DNA of 64,000 nucleotides, taken from a virus. Taxonomy: Duplodnaviria > Caudoviricetes. This document shows, piece after piece, positions 50,073-59,539 of this stretch (position 1 is the first letter of the stretch; every line of letters starts with the position of its first letter). The stretch spans positions 14,751 to 78,750 of the IMG/VR virus record IMGVR_UViG_3300044678_002325; one strand, written 5' to 3'. The notes beneath the pieces were generated by a model. That model had not been told where the DNA came from and did no database searches. It was given only the letters and a program-made list of their open reading frames with translations. The translations under genes and the position numbers were made by a program.

Positions 50073-50498
50073 ATGATATACGCTAACGACAGACTTGAAG
50101 GGACGGCCAAGTACAAGGTCAATAATACTATGACCAAGTACAAGGTCAATAAGATTAAGGATCTGGTTATGGAGTACTGTGTTAATGTTCTTGGGTATAG
50201 AAAGACATTGGGTATCAGTGGTATAACTTTATCTTACATTGAGTGTGAGGATTGGGGGATGTATGACCCTGACACTCACCACATCTATGTGTATATGAAG
50301 AACATTAAGACTGTTAGTGATTTAACTAGAACTATTATCCACGAGTATACCCACTCTATCCAGGATATTAGTAAGTCATATACTAAACTATATAAGAAGT
50401 TTGGGTATGAGAACCACCCAATGGAGATTGAGGCTTATGCTAATGAGAAGATTTACAATAGGAAAGTATTGAACTATATTCGTAGGGAACTAAAATAG
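50073..50498 (+). CDS. zincin-like metallopeptidase
   Basis: TIIHEYTHSIQ...HPMEIEAY. Confidence 0.75.
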   Translation: MIYANDRLEGTAKYKVNNTMTKYKVNKIKDLVMEYCVNVLGYRKTLGISGITLSYIECEDWGMYDPDTHHIYVYMKNIKTVSDLTRTIIHEYTHSIQDISKSYTKLYKKFGYENHPMEIEAYANEKIYNRKVLNYIRRELK

Positions 50499-50504
50499 AT
50501 TATT

Positions 50505-50657
50505 ATGTTGTATATTATTGCTTGGGTATTGGTTATTATTGTAGGGGTTGCATTATTCCTCTACATTGGGGAACTTATTAGTAACAAGTACCCCCAATCT
50601 TGGTTTGCTAAGTCCTGGAGACACTATGTATCAGATACGGATCCTGATGAGATGTAG
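50505..50657 (+). CDS. small single-pass membrane protein (50 aa)
   Basis: MLYIIAWVLVIIVGVALFLYIGELISNKYPQSWFAKSW...; similar to 1538..1684. Confidence 0.65.
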   Translation: MLYIIAWVLVIIVGVALFLYIGELISNKYPQSWFAKSWRHYVSDTDPDEM

Positions 50658-51679
50658 TGTTTCAGTTTAGTAAGTGAGTCTTCTCGTATTTCGAATTGAA
50701 GATTAAAGAAGTCCCCCTCGGTGAGTGGGGATTTTTTGTTTATGTCAGTTATGATGTCAGTCATATCACAATAAGATAACAAGTATATTGGTTGGGGTTG
50801 TAGTCTGGATGTATATGTTGTGTATATACAAGTACCACTTATATCATCCTGACAATATGTCACCACATATCTTTCGTCTATTTGAGTTATGGTGGTGGGG
50901 ATGTTGGTTAAAAACTGATTCATAATTTAGTATATTTGGGTCTGACACTATGTCAGTCGTTAATTTTTATGTTAAAATTGTTAAAAAATTTGGAAATGTC
51001 ATTGTGTCAGGTGGTGGGGACAATCCCCAGCTATACGTTGAACAAGTAATATCTCCCACTTCTTCCCACAATTCTCCACCAATAAATAGTGTTAATGATA
51101 GTTAAAACGTAATTTATTGTCGTTTTTGACCTCATTAGGGTCGATTATTTTACTATACCCATTTCTCAGTAAAAAAAGTTATTGATTATTGGGGAGTGGG
51201 TGGGACACATAGTGTCTTAGAAATAGGACTAATATAGGTGAATAATATGAATACTTCAACCCCATCTTTGATGGATATGATAATGTTTAAATGATTATAC
51301 AAATGCGTACTATATTGTTCATATAATTGGACATTATGAAATCCATTAATAACAACCCTTGTAATAATTTACCATAAAATATCATTGAAATAGACGATAG
51401 TCTAATATATCGTTGATATTGGTGATAAATTACGATTGTGGAGGATTTAATTACACTTACCATATATGGAGTCGGAGACAATGTAGAAAGTGTTGTGATG
51501 GGGGAATGAGAGGGTTATGAAATGGATTACTGATAATAATGGGGAATTGGATTATGAACGGGGCGAATAGTGGAACGATAGTGTAGCGGTTTCCCAGAAA
51601 CGTAGTGGAGGGGAAAATGAGGTGGGGAGTGAGTAATTTAATCCCCCATTATTGTATTTATGTATAAACTAATAATTGA

Positions 51680-52267
51680 ATGAGAATAATAATAAGTGAG
51701 AGTCAGTATAGACAGATTATTGAGAATGAGGAAAACTCATTTGATTATAACTTATATCCATTGAATTTGGATGATATTGTTGGGGATGATATTGAAGAAA
51801 TATTAGTTAAGGGGTATAGACGTTTTAATAAATTTCGTACATCTTTTGATGGTATAATGATAAAAGGTGATTTTGATTTATCATATGTTTATAATGATGA
51901 TGTGAGGGAAATATTAAAAGAATTAGTTGTGGTTGTTGGTAATTTTGAGATTTTTAATAGACGTATTGATTTACCAAAATTAAAAATGGTAAAAGGTAGT
52001 TTAATATTAGAACATACTAAAATGAAATCTTTACCTGAATTGGAATATGTTGATGGGTCTTTAAATCTTCATAGTTCTACTATTGAATCATTACCTAAAT
52101 TAAAAAAAGTTGGTATGAAGTTGAATTTAATGGATACTAAAATAGCTGAATTACCTAGTTTGGAATTTGTTGGTGGTGATTTAAATATTGCTGAATCCCC
52201 ACTCGCTAAATTAAATTTTAAGGATATTAGAAGTAAGGTTGAAATAAAAGGTAATATAATAAGATAA
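51680..52267 (+). CDS. leader-family protein with LRR-like repeats
   Basis: MRIIISESQY leader; SLP.L..V.G.L.L repeats. Confidence 0.85.
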   Translation: MRIIISESQYRQIIENEENSFDYNLYPLNLDDIVGDDIEEILVKGYRRFNKFRTSFDGIMIKGDFDLSYVYNDDVREILKELVVVVGNFEIFNRRIDLPKLKMVKGSLILEHTKMKSLPELEYVDGSLNLHSSTIESLPKLKKVGMKLNLMDTKIAELPSLEFVGGDLNIAESPLAKLNFKDIRSKVEIKGNIIR

Positions 52268-52268
52268 T

Positions 52269-52799
52269 ATGAAAATAATAATTAATGAAAGACAATTGAG
52301 GACTATTATTGAATCTGAGAAACAGAGTAAATTTAAGAAAAGTTTAGAAGATTCTATACAGTTCCATGGTGGTGATGTAAATTCGGCATCTGAGTCAAGT
52401 GGTATTGAGTTATATAAATTTATTGAGATGGGTTTGGTTGAACATTATAATGAGTATTTGGATTTAGCTGGAACACCCATTAAGTCATTGGATAATTTAA
52501 AATCAGTTGATGGTAGTGTGGATTTACGTAATACATCAATTGAAACATTAAGTGGGTTAACCTCAGTTGAGAATGATTTGTATTTAACTAATACCCCAAT
52601 TAAAGATTTGGGTAAATTGAAATATGTTGGGGGTGATTTGTATTTAAATTTTTGTGATAACTTAACAGATTTGGGGAATTTGGAAGAAGTTGGGGGTTAT
52701 TTGTATTTACGTGGCACTCCAATATCAATATCAATGTCAAAATATGACATAAAGAAAAAAATAAAAGTTGGGGGCGAAATTATTGGTGTGCATTGGTAA
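52269..52799 (+). CDS. leader-family protein with LRR-like repeats
   Basis: MKIIINERQLRTIIES; LG.L..VGG.LYL repeats. Confidence 0.85.
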   Translation: MKIIINERQLRTIIESEKQSKFKKSLEDSIQFHGGDVNSASESSGIELYKFIEMGLVEHYNEYLDLAGTPIKSLDNLKSVDGSVDLRNTSIETLSGLTSVENDLYLTNTPIKDLGKLKYVGGDLYLNFCDNLTDLGNLEEVGGYLYLRGTPISISMSKYDIKKKIKVGGEIIGVHW

Positions 52800-52829
52800 T
52801 TAGGTAAAAATAAAAGGTAATTTATATAT

Positions 52830-53675
52830 ATGAAAATAATAATTAATGAAAGACAATTGAGGACTATTATTGAATCTGAGAAGAAGATTAGTGATAAGAA
52901 GTTAAAGGCGTATAAAGAAACTGTTGATTTTTTTGGTCTTGATTATGCTTCGGATTATTTTGATATAGCACGTTGGGCATTAATTGAGATGGGTGTTGTG
53001 GAATCATATGATGAGGATTTGTACTTTGGTTATACACCAATTACTAGTTTGGGTATTTTGAAAAAAGTTGGGGGTGATTTTGATTTACGTCAAACTGATA
53101 TTGAAACCTTGGGTTCTTTGGAAGAAGTTGGTGGTTTTTTGAATTTACGTGATAGTAGAGATGATTCAGTATTAACATCATTGGGTAAATTGAAATCAGT
53201 TGGGGGTTATTTGAATTTAAGTTATTCCAAAATTAAAAGTTTGGATAATCTTATAAAAGTAGGTCGTGATTTGAATTTAGAAGGTACCAAAATTAAAAGT
53301 TTGGGGAATTTGGAAGAAGTTGGTGGGGATTTAAGTTTTTATGATTCTCAAGTTGAAGATTTGGGTGAACTTAAATATGTTAATGGTGATTTGGATTTAC
53401 ATAAAAACACCAAAATTAAAAGTTTGGGTAATTTGATAGAAGTAGGTCGTGATTTTAGTTTAGCTTTTAGTGTAATTAAAAGTTTGGGTAAATTAAAATG
53501 TGTTTATGGTGATTTGGATTTAAGTTATTCCGAAATTGAAAGTTTGGGGGAACTTGAATATGTTGGTGGTTCATTAAGTTTACAAGATTCCCCACTTGGG
53601 GAAAGATTAATATCAGAAATGAGTGAAGATGAGATTAAAAATAAATTTGGTGTAAAAGGTCGTATATATATATGA
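52830..53675 (+). CDS. leader-family protein with LRR-like repeats
   Basis: About nine ~21-aa IKSLGNL..VGGDL.L repeats. Confidence 0.85.
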   Translation: MKIIINERQLRTIIESEKKISDKKLKAYKETVDFFGLDYASDYFDIARWALIEMGVVESYDEDLYFGYTPITSLGILKKVGGDFDLRQTDIETLGSLEEVGGFLNLRDSRDDSVLTSLGKLKSVGGYLNLSYSKIKSLDNLIKVGRDLNLEGTKIKSLGNLEEVGGDLSFYDSQVEDLGELKYVNGDLDLHKNTKIKSLGNLIEVGRDFSLAFSVIKSLGKLKCVYGDLDLSYSEIESLGELEYVGGSLSLQDSPLGERLISEMSEDEIKNKFGVKGRIYI

Positions 53676-54229
53676 AAATAATAATTAATGAAAGTCAGTT
53701 AAGACAGATTATTGAGTCTAAGGAGGAAAGAAATTTATTAGAAGTTGATGTGGAGTATTTGTTAAATAATACTAGTTTGGTAATAAGGGCTTTAAAAAAG
53801 GGGGTTGATGGGATTGTGGTTGGTGGTGATTTATATACCATTGATTTGGAAACTTATTTAGTTAATGATTTATTAAATAACCTTGTTAAAGTTTATGGGT
53901 CTTTGGATATTGGTGGTAGAATAAAACCAAGTTCATTCGATAAACTGGAGGAAGTTACTGATAATCTTTATATGATTTTTAACAAAGATATTAAATCATT
54001 GGGTAGTTTGAAAAAAGTTGGTGGGTCATTAGTATTAAAAGGATGTAATAATTTGGAATCATTTGGTGACTTGGAAGAGGTTGGTGATGATTTGAATATT
54101 AGTATGACTAAATTGGTTAAATTCTCGGATGAAGAAATAAGGAAAAAAATAAAAGTTGGGGGTAAAATAAAAAGAGGATTATTGGAAAACAATAAGAGTC
54201 ATAAGATTTTAAATGAATCTAAAAAGTAA
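53672..54229 (+). CDS. leader-family protein with LRR-like repeats
   Basis: MKIIINESQLRQIIES. Confidence 0.85.
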   Translation: MKIIINESQLRQIIESKEERNLLEVDVEYLLNNTSLVIRALKKGVDGIVVGGDLYTIDLETYLVNDLLNNLVKVYGSLDIGGRIKPSSFDKLEEVTDNLYMIFNKDIKSLGSLKKVGGSLVLKGCNNLESFGDLEEVGDDLNISMTKLVKFSDEEIRKKIKVGGKIKRGLLENNKSHKILNESKK

Positions 54230-54236
54230 AAATAAT

Positions 54237-54842
54237 ATGAAAATAATAATTAATGAAGAACAATTAAGACAGATTATTGAATCTAAGTATTTGAGGAGTA
54301 CGCCCAAATTAAGGGAATCGATTAACAAGTATTTGGATGATTATATGTCAAATGGTACTAGAAAGATTGGGAAGAAATCTCGTAACTATGGTAATCTTCG
54401 TGAGGATTGGTGTGTTGATGGGGTTAAAGTTATAACTATGGTATATTATTTTGAGGATGGTAATTTTGAGAATGGGACTTTGCTTATATCTATAGATGTT
54501 CTTAAAACAATACAACAAATGTTTAGTGTAAGAGAGTCATTTGCGTTAAATACAATTGAGGAGTGGTATGAAGATACAATGATACCAAAGTTTGAATCAA
54601 TTATGGGAGAGTCAGGGTTTTATATTACTGAGATTGATAAAGTTAATAGTAACCCTTGTGTTCCTGAACCAGTTAAACCTGAAGGTATTACAGATGATGA
54701 GATGATTGACTTCATTGATAAAAACACGGGATATAATAGACAACAGATTATAGATAAGATTGAATCTGGTGAGAGAGAATTGGAGGATTTTTATTTGGAT
54801 ATTCTTGATAATGTTAATAGAAAAAAAATATATGGAATATGA
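54237..54842 (+). CDS. leader-family protein (type B)
   Basis: MKIIINEEQLRQIIES. Confidence 0.8.
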   Translation: MKIIINEEQLRQIIESKYLRSTPKLRESINKYLDDYMSNGTRKIGKKSRNYGNLREDWCVDGVKVITMVYYFEDGNFENGTLLISIDVLKTIQQMFSVRESFALNTIEEWYEDTMIPKFESIMGESGFYITEIDKVNSNPCVPEPVKPEGITDDEMIDFIDKNTGYNRQQIIDKIESGERELEDFYLDILDNVNRKKIYGI

Positions 54843-55528
54843 AAATAATAATTAATGAAAGACAGTTAAGACAGATTATTGAATCTGAGGATAAGGTTAA
54901 AAAAAATTTAAAGGCTTATAAGGAAACCATTGATGAATATGGAATTTATGATGCTGCAAGAATATTGGATAAAACAATTATTGAGTTATATGAACTTGGT
55001 CTTTTTGATATTTCCACAGCAATTAAACAATTGGGTTTACATGAAACATCTGAGTTTTTAGATATACCTACGCTTGAATTACTTAAAAAGATTGACTACG
55101 ATATTAGTGAAATAAGACCATTTGACTTGTTTCCAGTATTGGTTGATATGCAAAAGGAATATAAGGGTTGTGAAATTAATGTTGATTGGTATGATGATAC
55201 TGATTATGGTGTTTATTGGGCACCAAATTTTAAAATAGGTGAATATTTAATCGGTTGTGCAACAATGGCTTTTCCTGAGTTTGCTATTGGTAAAACATAT
55301 GTTGAGAATGCTCATTGTTGGGTTGATAATAATTTAACTACATCTGATTTTAATAATTTTTTTGATTATAATGTTAAAACAATTGATTTTGATATTCCCA
55401 CCGAATTTGAGAGTTGGGATGTTATGGTTGAATGGTATAAGACTGAATATATGCCAAATACTTATGAGATAATAGAAAGACAAGCGTTTGAAATAATTAA
55501 ACAATTGAAAAAGAAGAACGAAATATAA
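54839..55528 (+). CDS. leader-family protein (type B)
   Basis: MKIIINERQLRQIIES. Confidence 0.8.
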   Translation: MKIIINERQLRQIIESEDKVKKNLKAYKETIDEYGIYDAARILDKTIIELYELGLFDISTAIKQLGLHETSEFLDIPTLELLKKIDYDISEIRPFDLFPVLVDMQKEYKGCEINVDWYDDTDYGVYWAPNFKIGEYLIGCATMAFPEFAIGKTYVENAHCWVDNNLTTSDFNNFFDYNVKTIDFDIPTEFESWDVMVEWYKTEYMPNTYEIIERQAFEIIKQLKKKNEI

Positions 55529-55923
55529 TGAAAATAATAATTAACGAGAGTCAGTATAAATTGATTAATGAGGCTATGAAAACATCTTCATTTCAAAATA
55601 TATTAAATGAAACACTTAAAATGTTAAAGGATGCTGCTGAAGAAGAACCTAGGGATTTTCGTGCTATTTTCTCGGATAACATTGATAATGTTAAAAGTAT
55701 TGATATTGTCAGTATTGATAAAGAATACATTCGTAGTGATGTAAAACTAATTATTAATGTTGTTGTAACACTTGATTTTGATATTTTTGGAAAATGGGAA
55801 GCGATTGCTGAAATATTGGGTGAATTACAATATTATATGAAACCAGAAATGATGATTAATTTTAAATTACAATTGGCCGATAATGGTGTCATAATATTAA
55901 ATAATATTGAAATGGATATATGA
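55528..55923 (+). CDS. leader-family protein (type B)
   Basis: MKIIINESQYKLINE. Confidence 0.8.
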   Translation: MKIIINESQYKLINEAMKTSSFQNILNETLKMLKDAAEEEPRDFRAIFSDNIDNVKSIDIVSIDKEYIRSDVKLIINVVVTLDFDIFGKWEAIAEILGELQYYMKPEMMINFKLQLADNGVIILNNIEMDI

Positions 55924-56633
55924 AAATAATAATTAACGAGAGACAATTGAGAACTATTATTGAATCTGAGAAGAAGATTAGTGATAAGAAATTCAAGGCA
56001 TATAAAGAAACTATTGATGAACTTGGAATTTATGATGCTGCTAGAATATTGGATAAAACAATTATTGAGTTATATGAACTTGGTCTTTTTGAAATTGAGG
56101 AATTAAGAAAATCTTTATTGGAATTAGTAAATCAATATGGTTTTTATGATAGTGCTGAATCTCAAGGAATATCAAAACTTAGACTTGCAAAAATAGTTGA
56201 TTTGCCAATTAAAAGTTATGGTAATAATGATAATGAAATTGTTGTTCGTCAATTATTAAAAGAATTGGTTGAAATTAATGATGTATATAATGAATGTGAA
56301 TTAAGTTATGATTCTTTTCCTAGAACTATAAATTGGGTTTGTAGCTTTGATGAGGGTAATAAAACAATTTTTTCATTAACTTACGCAACTCCTTATTACG
56401 AAGACGATGATTATTATATGACTACAGTTGAAACTAATGAAATCGATGTTGTCAAAGATGGTGAAAAAGAAGAATATGGTAGTATGAGTAGTATTTATTG
56501 GAATAGTATTCCTAGTCCAAGTGAGTTTAAGAATGTTGATAAATTAATTCATTGGTTTGAGAATGACTATAAACTTGGGGTGTATAAAACAATAAAAACA
56601 CATCTTAAAGATTTTAAGGAAAGATATACATAA
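55920..56633 (+). CDS. leader-family protein (type B), paralog of 54839..55528
   Basis: Shared KAYKETIDE.GIYDAARILDKTIIELYELGLF. Confidence 0.8.
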   Translation: MKIIINERQLRTIIESEKKISDKKFKAYKETIDELGIYDAARILDKTIIELYELGLFEIEELRKSLLELVNQYGFYDSAESQGISKLRLAKIVDLPIKSYGNNDNEIVVRQLLKELVEINDVYNECELSYDSFPRTINWVCSFDEGNKTIFSLTYATPYYEDDDYYMTTVETNEIDVVKDGEKEEYGSMSSIYWNSIPSPSEFKNVDKLIHWFENDYKLGVYKTIKTHLKDFKERYT

Positions 56634-56651
56634 AAGAAATTAAAAAAGATT

Positions 56652-57323
56652 ATGAGGCTTAACAAATTTTTTGAGGAATACTTAAGAGATGAATTCCACG
56701 GTAATGAAATAGAATATGAGGGATTGTTCTTGGAATTTAATTATAATAAAAATACTGGTGAAATGGAGTGGTCAATTGATAATCCAAATGATGTGTCTTA
56801 TCTTAGGGGCGGAATTTCTGGGTTTATTGATGAATGGGTTTCATATTTTTTAAATGCTGCCGGTTCAAGTGATTATCATATGGAAATGAGTAGAAAACAA
56901 TCATTTGTTAATATGATACCAAAAGGAGCATACATAAATGATAATGATTCTAGAAAATTTTTAGATTTGGCACAAAACCCAAAAATATATCAGTATTATG
57001 ATGTTTTAGCTAAATTAAATGTTTTTGATATAGATTTTGAGGATGATGGTGCAGGTCAAGGATTGGGAATAAATATACATATGAAATTGATTAATCCAAT
57101 TGATTCAAGAACTAGAAATAAACTTACATATAATGAACTTAAAGAAAGATTAGCTGATTTGAATACTGATGATGATTTTCTTGAATATATTGATGGATTA
57201 TTTAATGATTTGGCTAGTGAGATATATGACAATCGTCCAACAATATTTGACCGAAATAATATGTATATTAATATATACCCTTATTTTTATACAAGTGAAG
57301 GAAAACAAATAAAACATTGGTAA
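56652..57323 (+). CDS. hypothetical protein
   Basis: 223 aa ORF. Confidence 0.75.
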   Translation: MRLNKFFEEYLRDEFHGNEIEYEGLFLEFNYNKNTGEMEWSIDNPNDVSYLRGGISGFIDEWVSYFLNAAGSSDYHMEMSRKQSFVNMIPKGAYINDNDSRKFLDLAQNPKIYQYYDVLAKLNVFDIDFEDDGAGQGLGINIHMKLINPIDSRTRNKLTYNELKERLADLNTDDDFLEYIDGLFNDLASEIYDNRPTIFDRNNMYINIYPYFYTSEGKQIKHW

Positions 57324-57330
57324 TATTGTT

Positions 57331-57576
57331 TCATTTTTTTGTTTTTTTTACACAGTTAGGGTATCTTTTACCAAACATTGTTTTCATTCCTTTTTGGGTA
57401 TAACCAGGCCAACATTTTTCGGTTAATTCTTTCTTTGAATTATCATTTCCACATTTGTGACATAGATATGGTTCATCACCACCTTCAGAGAAATTCCAAG
57501 ACCAACCACATTTACAGGTTACCTTTTTATCAAATTCTTCTCTTAATATTCTTCTTATTGTTTGTTGTAGTTTCAT
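57331..57576 (-). CDS. small zinc-ribbon protein with leader
   Basis: MKLQQTIRRILREE; CKCGWSW..CHKCG; KCWPGY...PNCVK. Confidence 0.75.
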   Translation of the reverse strand: MKLQQTIRRILREEFDKKVTCKCGWSWNFSEGGDEPYLCHKCGNDNSKKELTEKCWPGYTQKGMKTMFGKRYPNCVKKTKK

Positions 57577-57578
57577 AA

Positions 57579-58001
57579 TTAGTTTTTGAATATATGTTGA
57601 GGGAATTGTTTTCTTCTTTCTGAGAACCAAGTATCTGTTTTGTCTTTAAGATATTCTTCCCCACCATAAGTTTTCTTTTTGGTTATCTTTTTAATTGTAC
57701 CGATAAATTGTATTATTGTTGGGTCAATTTTTTCTTTATCATTTGTTTCTATCCAGGTATGTTCAAACTTTCCATCATTTGTTTTTACATAACCTACTAT
57801 AACATCAAAACAATCAAGTAGGTTTGGATTAACTTCATTAACTTTTTCTGTGAATAGTTCAGCAAAATGTACACAACTACCGAATCTCTCACAATACATT
57901 GTATCTGATAATTCATCTGCTATTTTATTTAATAGTTCGTAATTACAATCATTAACCCCCATCATTTCTTGGATTCTATTTATTTGTTCTTGTAATTTCA
58001 T
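57579..58001 (-). CDS. hypothetical protein with leader (transglutaminase-like C/H/D motif)
   Basis: MKLQEQINRIQEMMG; GSC...HTWIE....IDPT..QF. Confidence 0.65.
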   Translation of the reverse strand: MKLQEQINRIQEMMGVNDCNYELLNKIADELSDTMYCERFGSCVHFAELFTEKVNEVNPNLLDCFDVIVGYVKTNDGKFEHTWIETNDKEKIDPTIIQFIGTIKKITKKKTYGGEEYLKDKTDTWFSERRKQFPQHIFKN

Positions 58002-58028
58002 TTTGTATATATTATCAATATAAATATT

Positions 58029-58077
58029 AAAAGATAAATAAAAAAGGTGATAAGATTTACCTATCACCTTTTAATAT
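58029..58077. repeat. 49-bp direct repeat containing a terminator hairpin
   Basis: Copy at 58830-58878 with one mismatch; flanks gene 58097..58798. Confidence 0.9.
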
Positions 58078-58096
58078 CTTTCTTAGTTATTTTTTT

Positions 58097-58798
58097 TTAA
58101 AATTTTACATATTGTTTAATATTAGTTAATCCAGTTCCTGTTGCTTCAATCCAATTTGGATATTTTGTACCAGCTGAAGTTCCTTGTTTCCCCTTGAAAA
58201 AATATTTTCCGTTTTCTAGTTTGTAATCATATGCCCTATCATTTGTAGTATTTATTTTAGCCTGAGATGTTGTTGTACCTTGTGTTGTGTTTGTTGTTGT
58301 ACCTTGTGTTGTGTTTGTTGTTGTACCTTGTGTTGTGTTTGTTGTTGTACCTTGTGTTGTGTTTGTTGTATTCGGTTTTGTAGTTGTACTTTGTGTTGTA
58401 ACAGTAGTTGATTGTGTTGTATTTGGTGTTGTAGTTGTAGTTTGTGTAGGAGCACTAATAGTAACATTTCCAAGATTATAACTTGGTTCACTAACCCAAT
58501 TATCACCTGCCCACTCAAACCTACTCATCATAGAACCCCCATTAATTTCACTCATATAAACATATCCTGAAACCCCATCAACTATACCACTTTTTCTACA
58601 TCCTTCTTTTGGTAAGACCAAAAACCCCCCATTTTGTGGTAATTTGTATGCCTTGTCTATTACACATATTTTCTTACCCTCCAAGTTATATGTTTTACCC
58701 ACCAAACTATTTTCAGGTGTTAATTTTGACATTTCTTCGGATATTATTTTTACTAATCTTACCAAGTCTGATTCAGTTAACCTTATAATTTTCTTCAT
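58097..58798 (-). CDS. leader-family protein (type A) with Thr-rich linker
   Basis: MKKIIRLTESDLVRLVKIISEE; 24-nt tandem repeat encoding TTNTTQGT. Confidence 0.8.
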   Translation of the reverse strand: MKKIIRLTESDLVRLVKIISEEMSKLTPENSLVGKTYNLEGKKICVIDKAYKLPQNGGFLVLPKEGCRKSGIVDGVSGYVYMSEINGGSMMSRFEWAGDNWVSEPSYNLGNVTISAPTQTTTTTPNTTQSTTVTTQSTTTKPNTTNTTQGTTTNTTQGTTTNTTQGTTTNTTQGTTTSQAKINTTNDRAYDYKLENGKYFFKGKQGTSAGTKYPNWIEATGTGLTNIKQYVKF

Positions 58799-58892
58799 AG
58801 TTTTTTCATTATAAATATACAACAATCTCAAAAGATAAATAAAAAAGGTGATAAGATTTGCCTATCACCTTTTAATATGGAGTTTTTTTTAA

Positions 58893-59282
58893 TTATAGGT
58901 TTTTGGATATAATCTTATTATATTCTTCATCACATAGAGTTCTATACCATCCAATATCAGTTCTAAGTTTACCAGGTTTTCCTGTTACTTCACAAATACT
59001 CATACTTTCAATTTCTGCTTGAGATATTCTTTTATGGGCTTCACTTGTTGCCGAATTGATGTAGAATCTCAATCCTCCGAATTTTTCTTTAACTTGACAT
59101 ACTTCTTTATTCCAACCAAGTTCAATAAGGTCGGTGATAAGGTCTTTGATAAGAGGAAACCAACCTAACCCAACTTCAAAGAAATCTGAATCTGTGATTG
59201 GATTTGATTCCAAATTAAAACCATTTTTAAAGCCTCCAATTGATTGGAGGAATTCATCCATTTGTTCTTTGTTCATAATCAA
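58893..59282 (-). CDS. hypothetical phage protein
   Basis: GW..LI...QVKEKFGGLRFY...CEVTG.PG...GWYRTLC. Confidence 0.8.
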   Translation of the reverse strand: MIMNKEQMDEFLQSIGGFKNGFNLESNPITDSDFFEVGLGWFPLIKDLITDLIELGWNKEVCQVKEKFGGLRFYINSATSEAHKRISQAEIESMSICEVTGKPGKLRTDIGWYRTLCDEEYNKIISKNL

Positions 59283-59538
59283 TTATATTTTTTATAAGGT
59301 TTAACATTGTTTCATTCTCCATATAACCATCAAATTGTTCTCCGTGATTATCTATAGATAGAATATTATCGCCATTAACTGCGTCAAATACTTCGGTTGT
59401 TGGTTCTTTACTGACATAGACATTAAAATTACCCCATCTATATCTGATATAGAACATTCTTCCATCCTCAAAAGTTCCTTGCCATTGAGATGGAGATACC
59501 TCACAGGTTTTAATTAATTCTTTGATTTTGGGTTTCAT
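59254..59538 (-). CDS. hypothetical protein
   Basis: PSQW.G...DGR.FYIRYRWG. Confidence 0.75.
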   Translation of the reverse strand: MKPKIKELIKTCEVSPSQWQGTFEDGRMFYIRYRWGNFNVYVSKEPTTEVFDAVNGDNILSIDNHGEQFDGYMENETMLNLIKNIIDYEQRTNG

Positions 59539-59539
59539 A

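Larger units (their letters stand above)
49400..51679. other. mostly non-coding divergence region (candidate origin or packaging/terminus region)
   Basis: Gene orientation and C/G bias flip; TGACA-N3-TGTCA repeats; G tracts. Confidence 0.5.

Noticed and set aside
50624-51481. ORFs 50624..50923 and 51287..51481
   Set aside because: Atypical composition, overlap the repeat boxes, no upstream signals
51680-56633. Diversity-generating retroelement behind the repeated genes
   Set aside because: No reverse transcriptase in the window and no template/variable repeat pair differing only at adenines
58268-58370. Possible CRISPR array
   Set aside because: 24-nt tandem repeat without spacers, in frame in a Thr-rich linker
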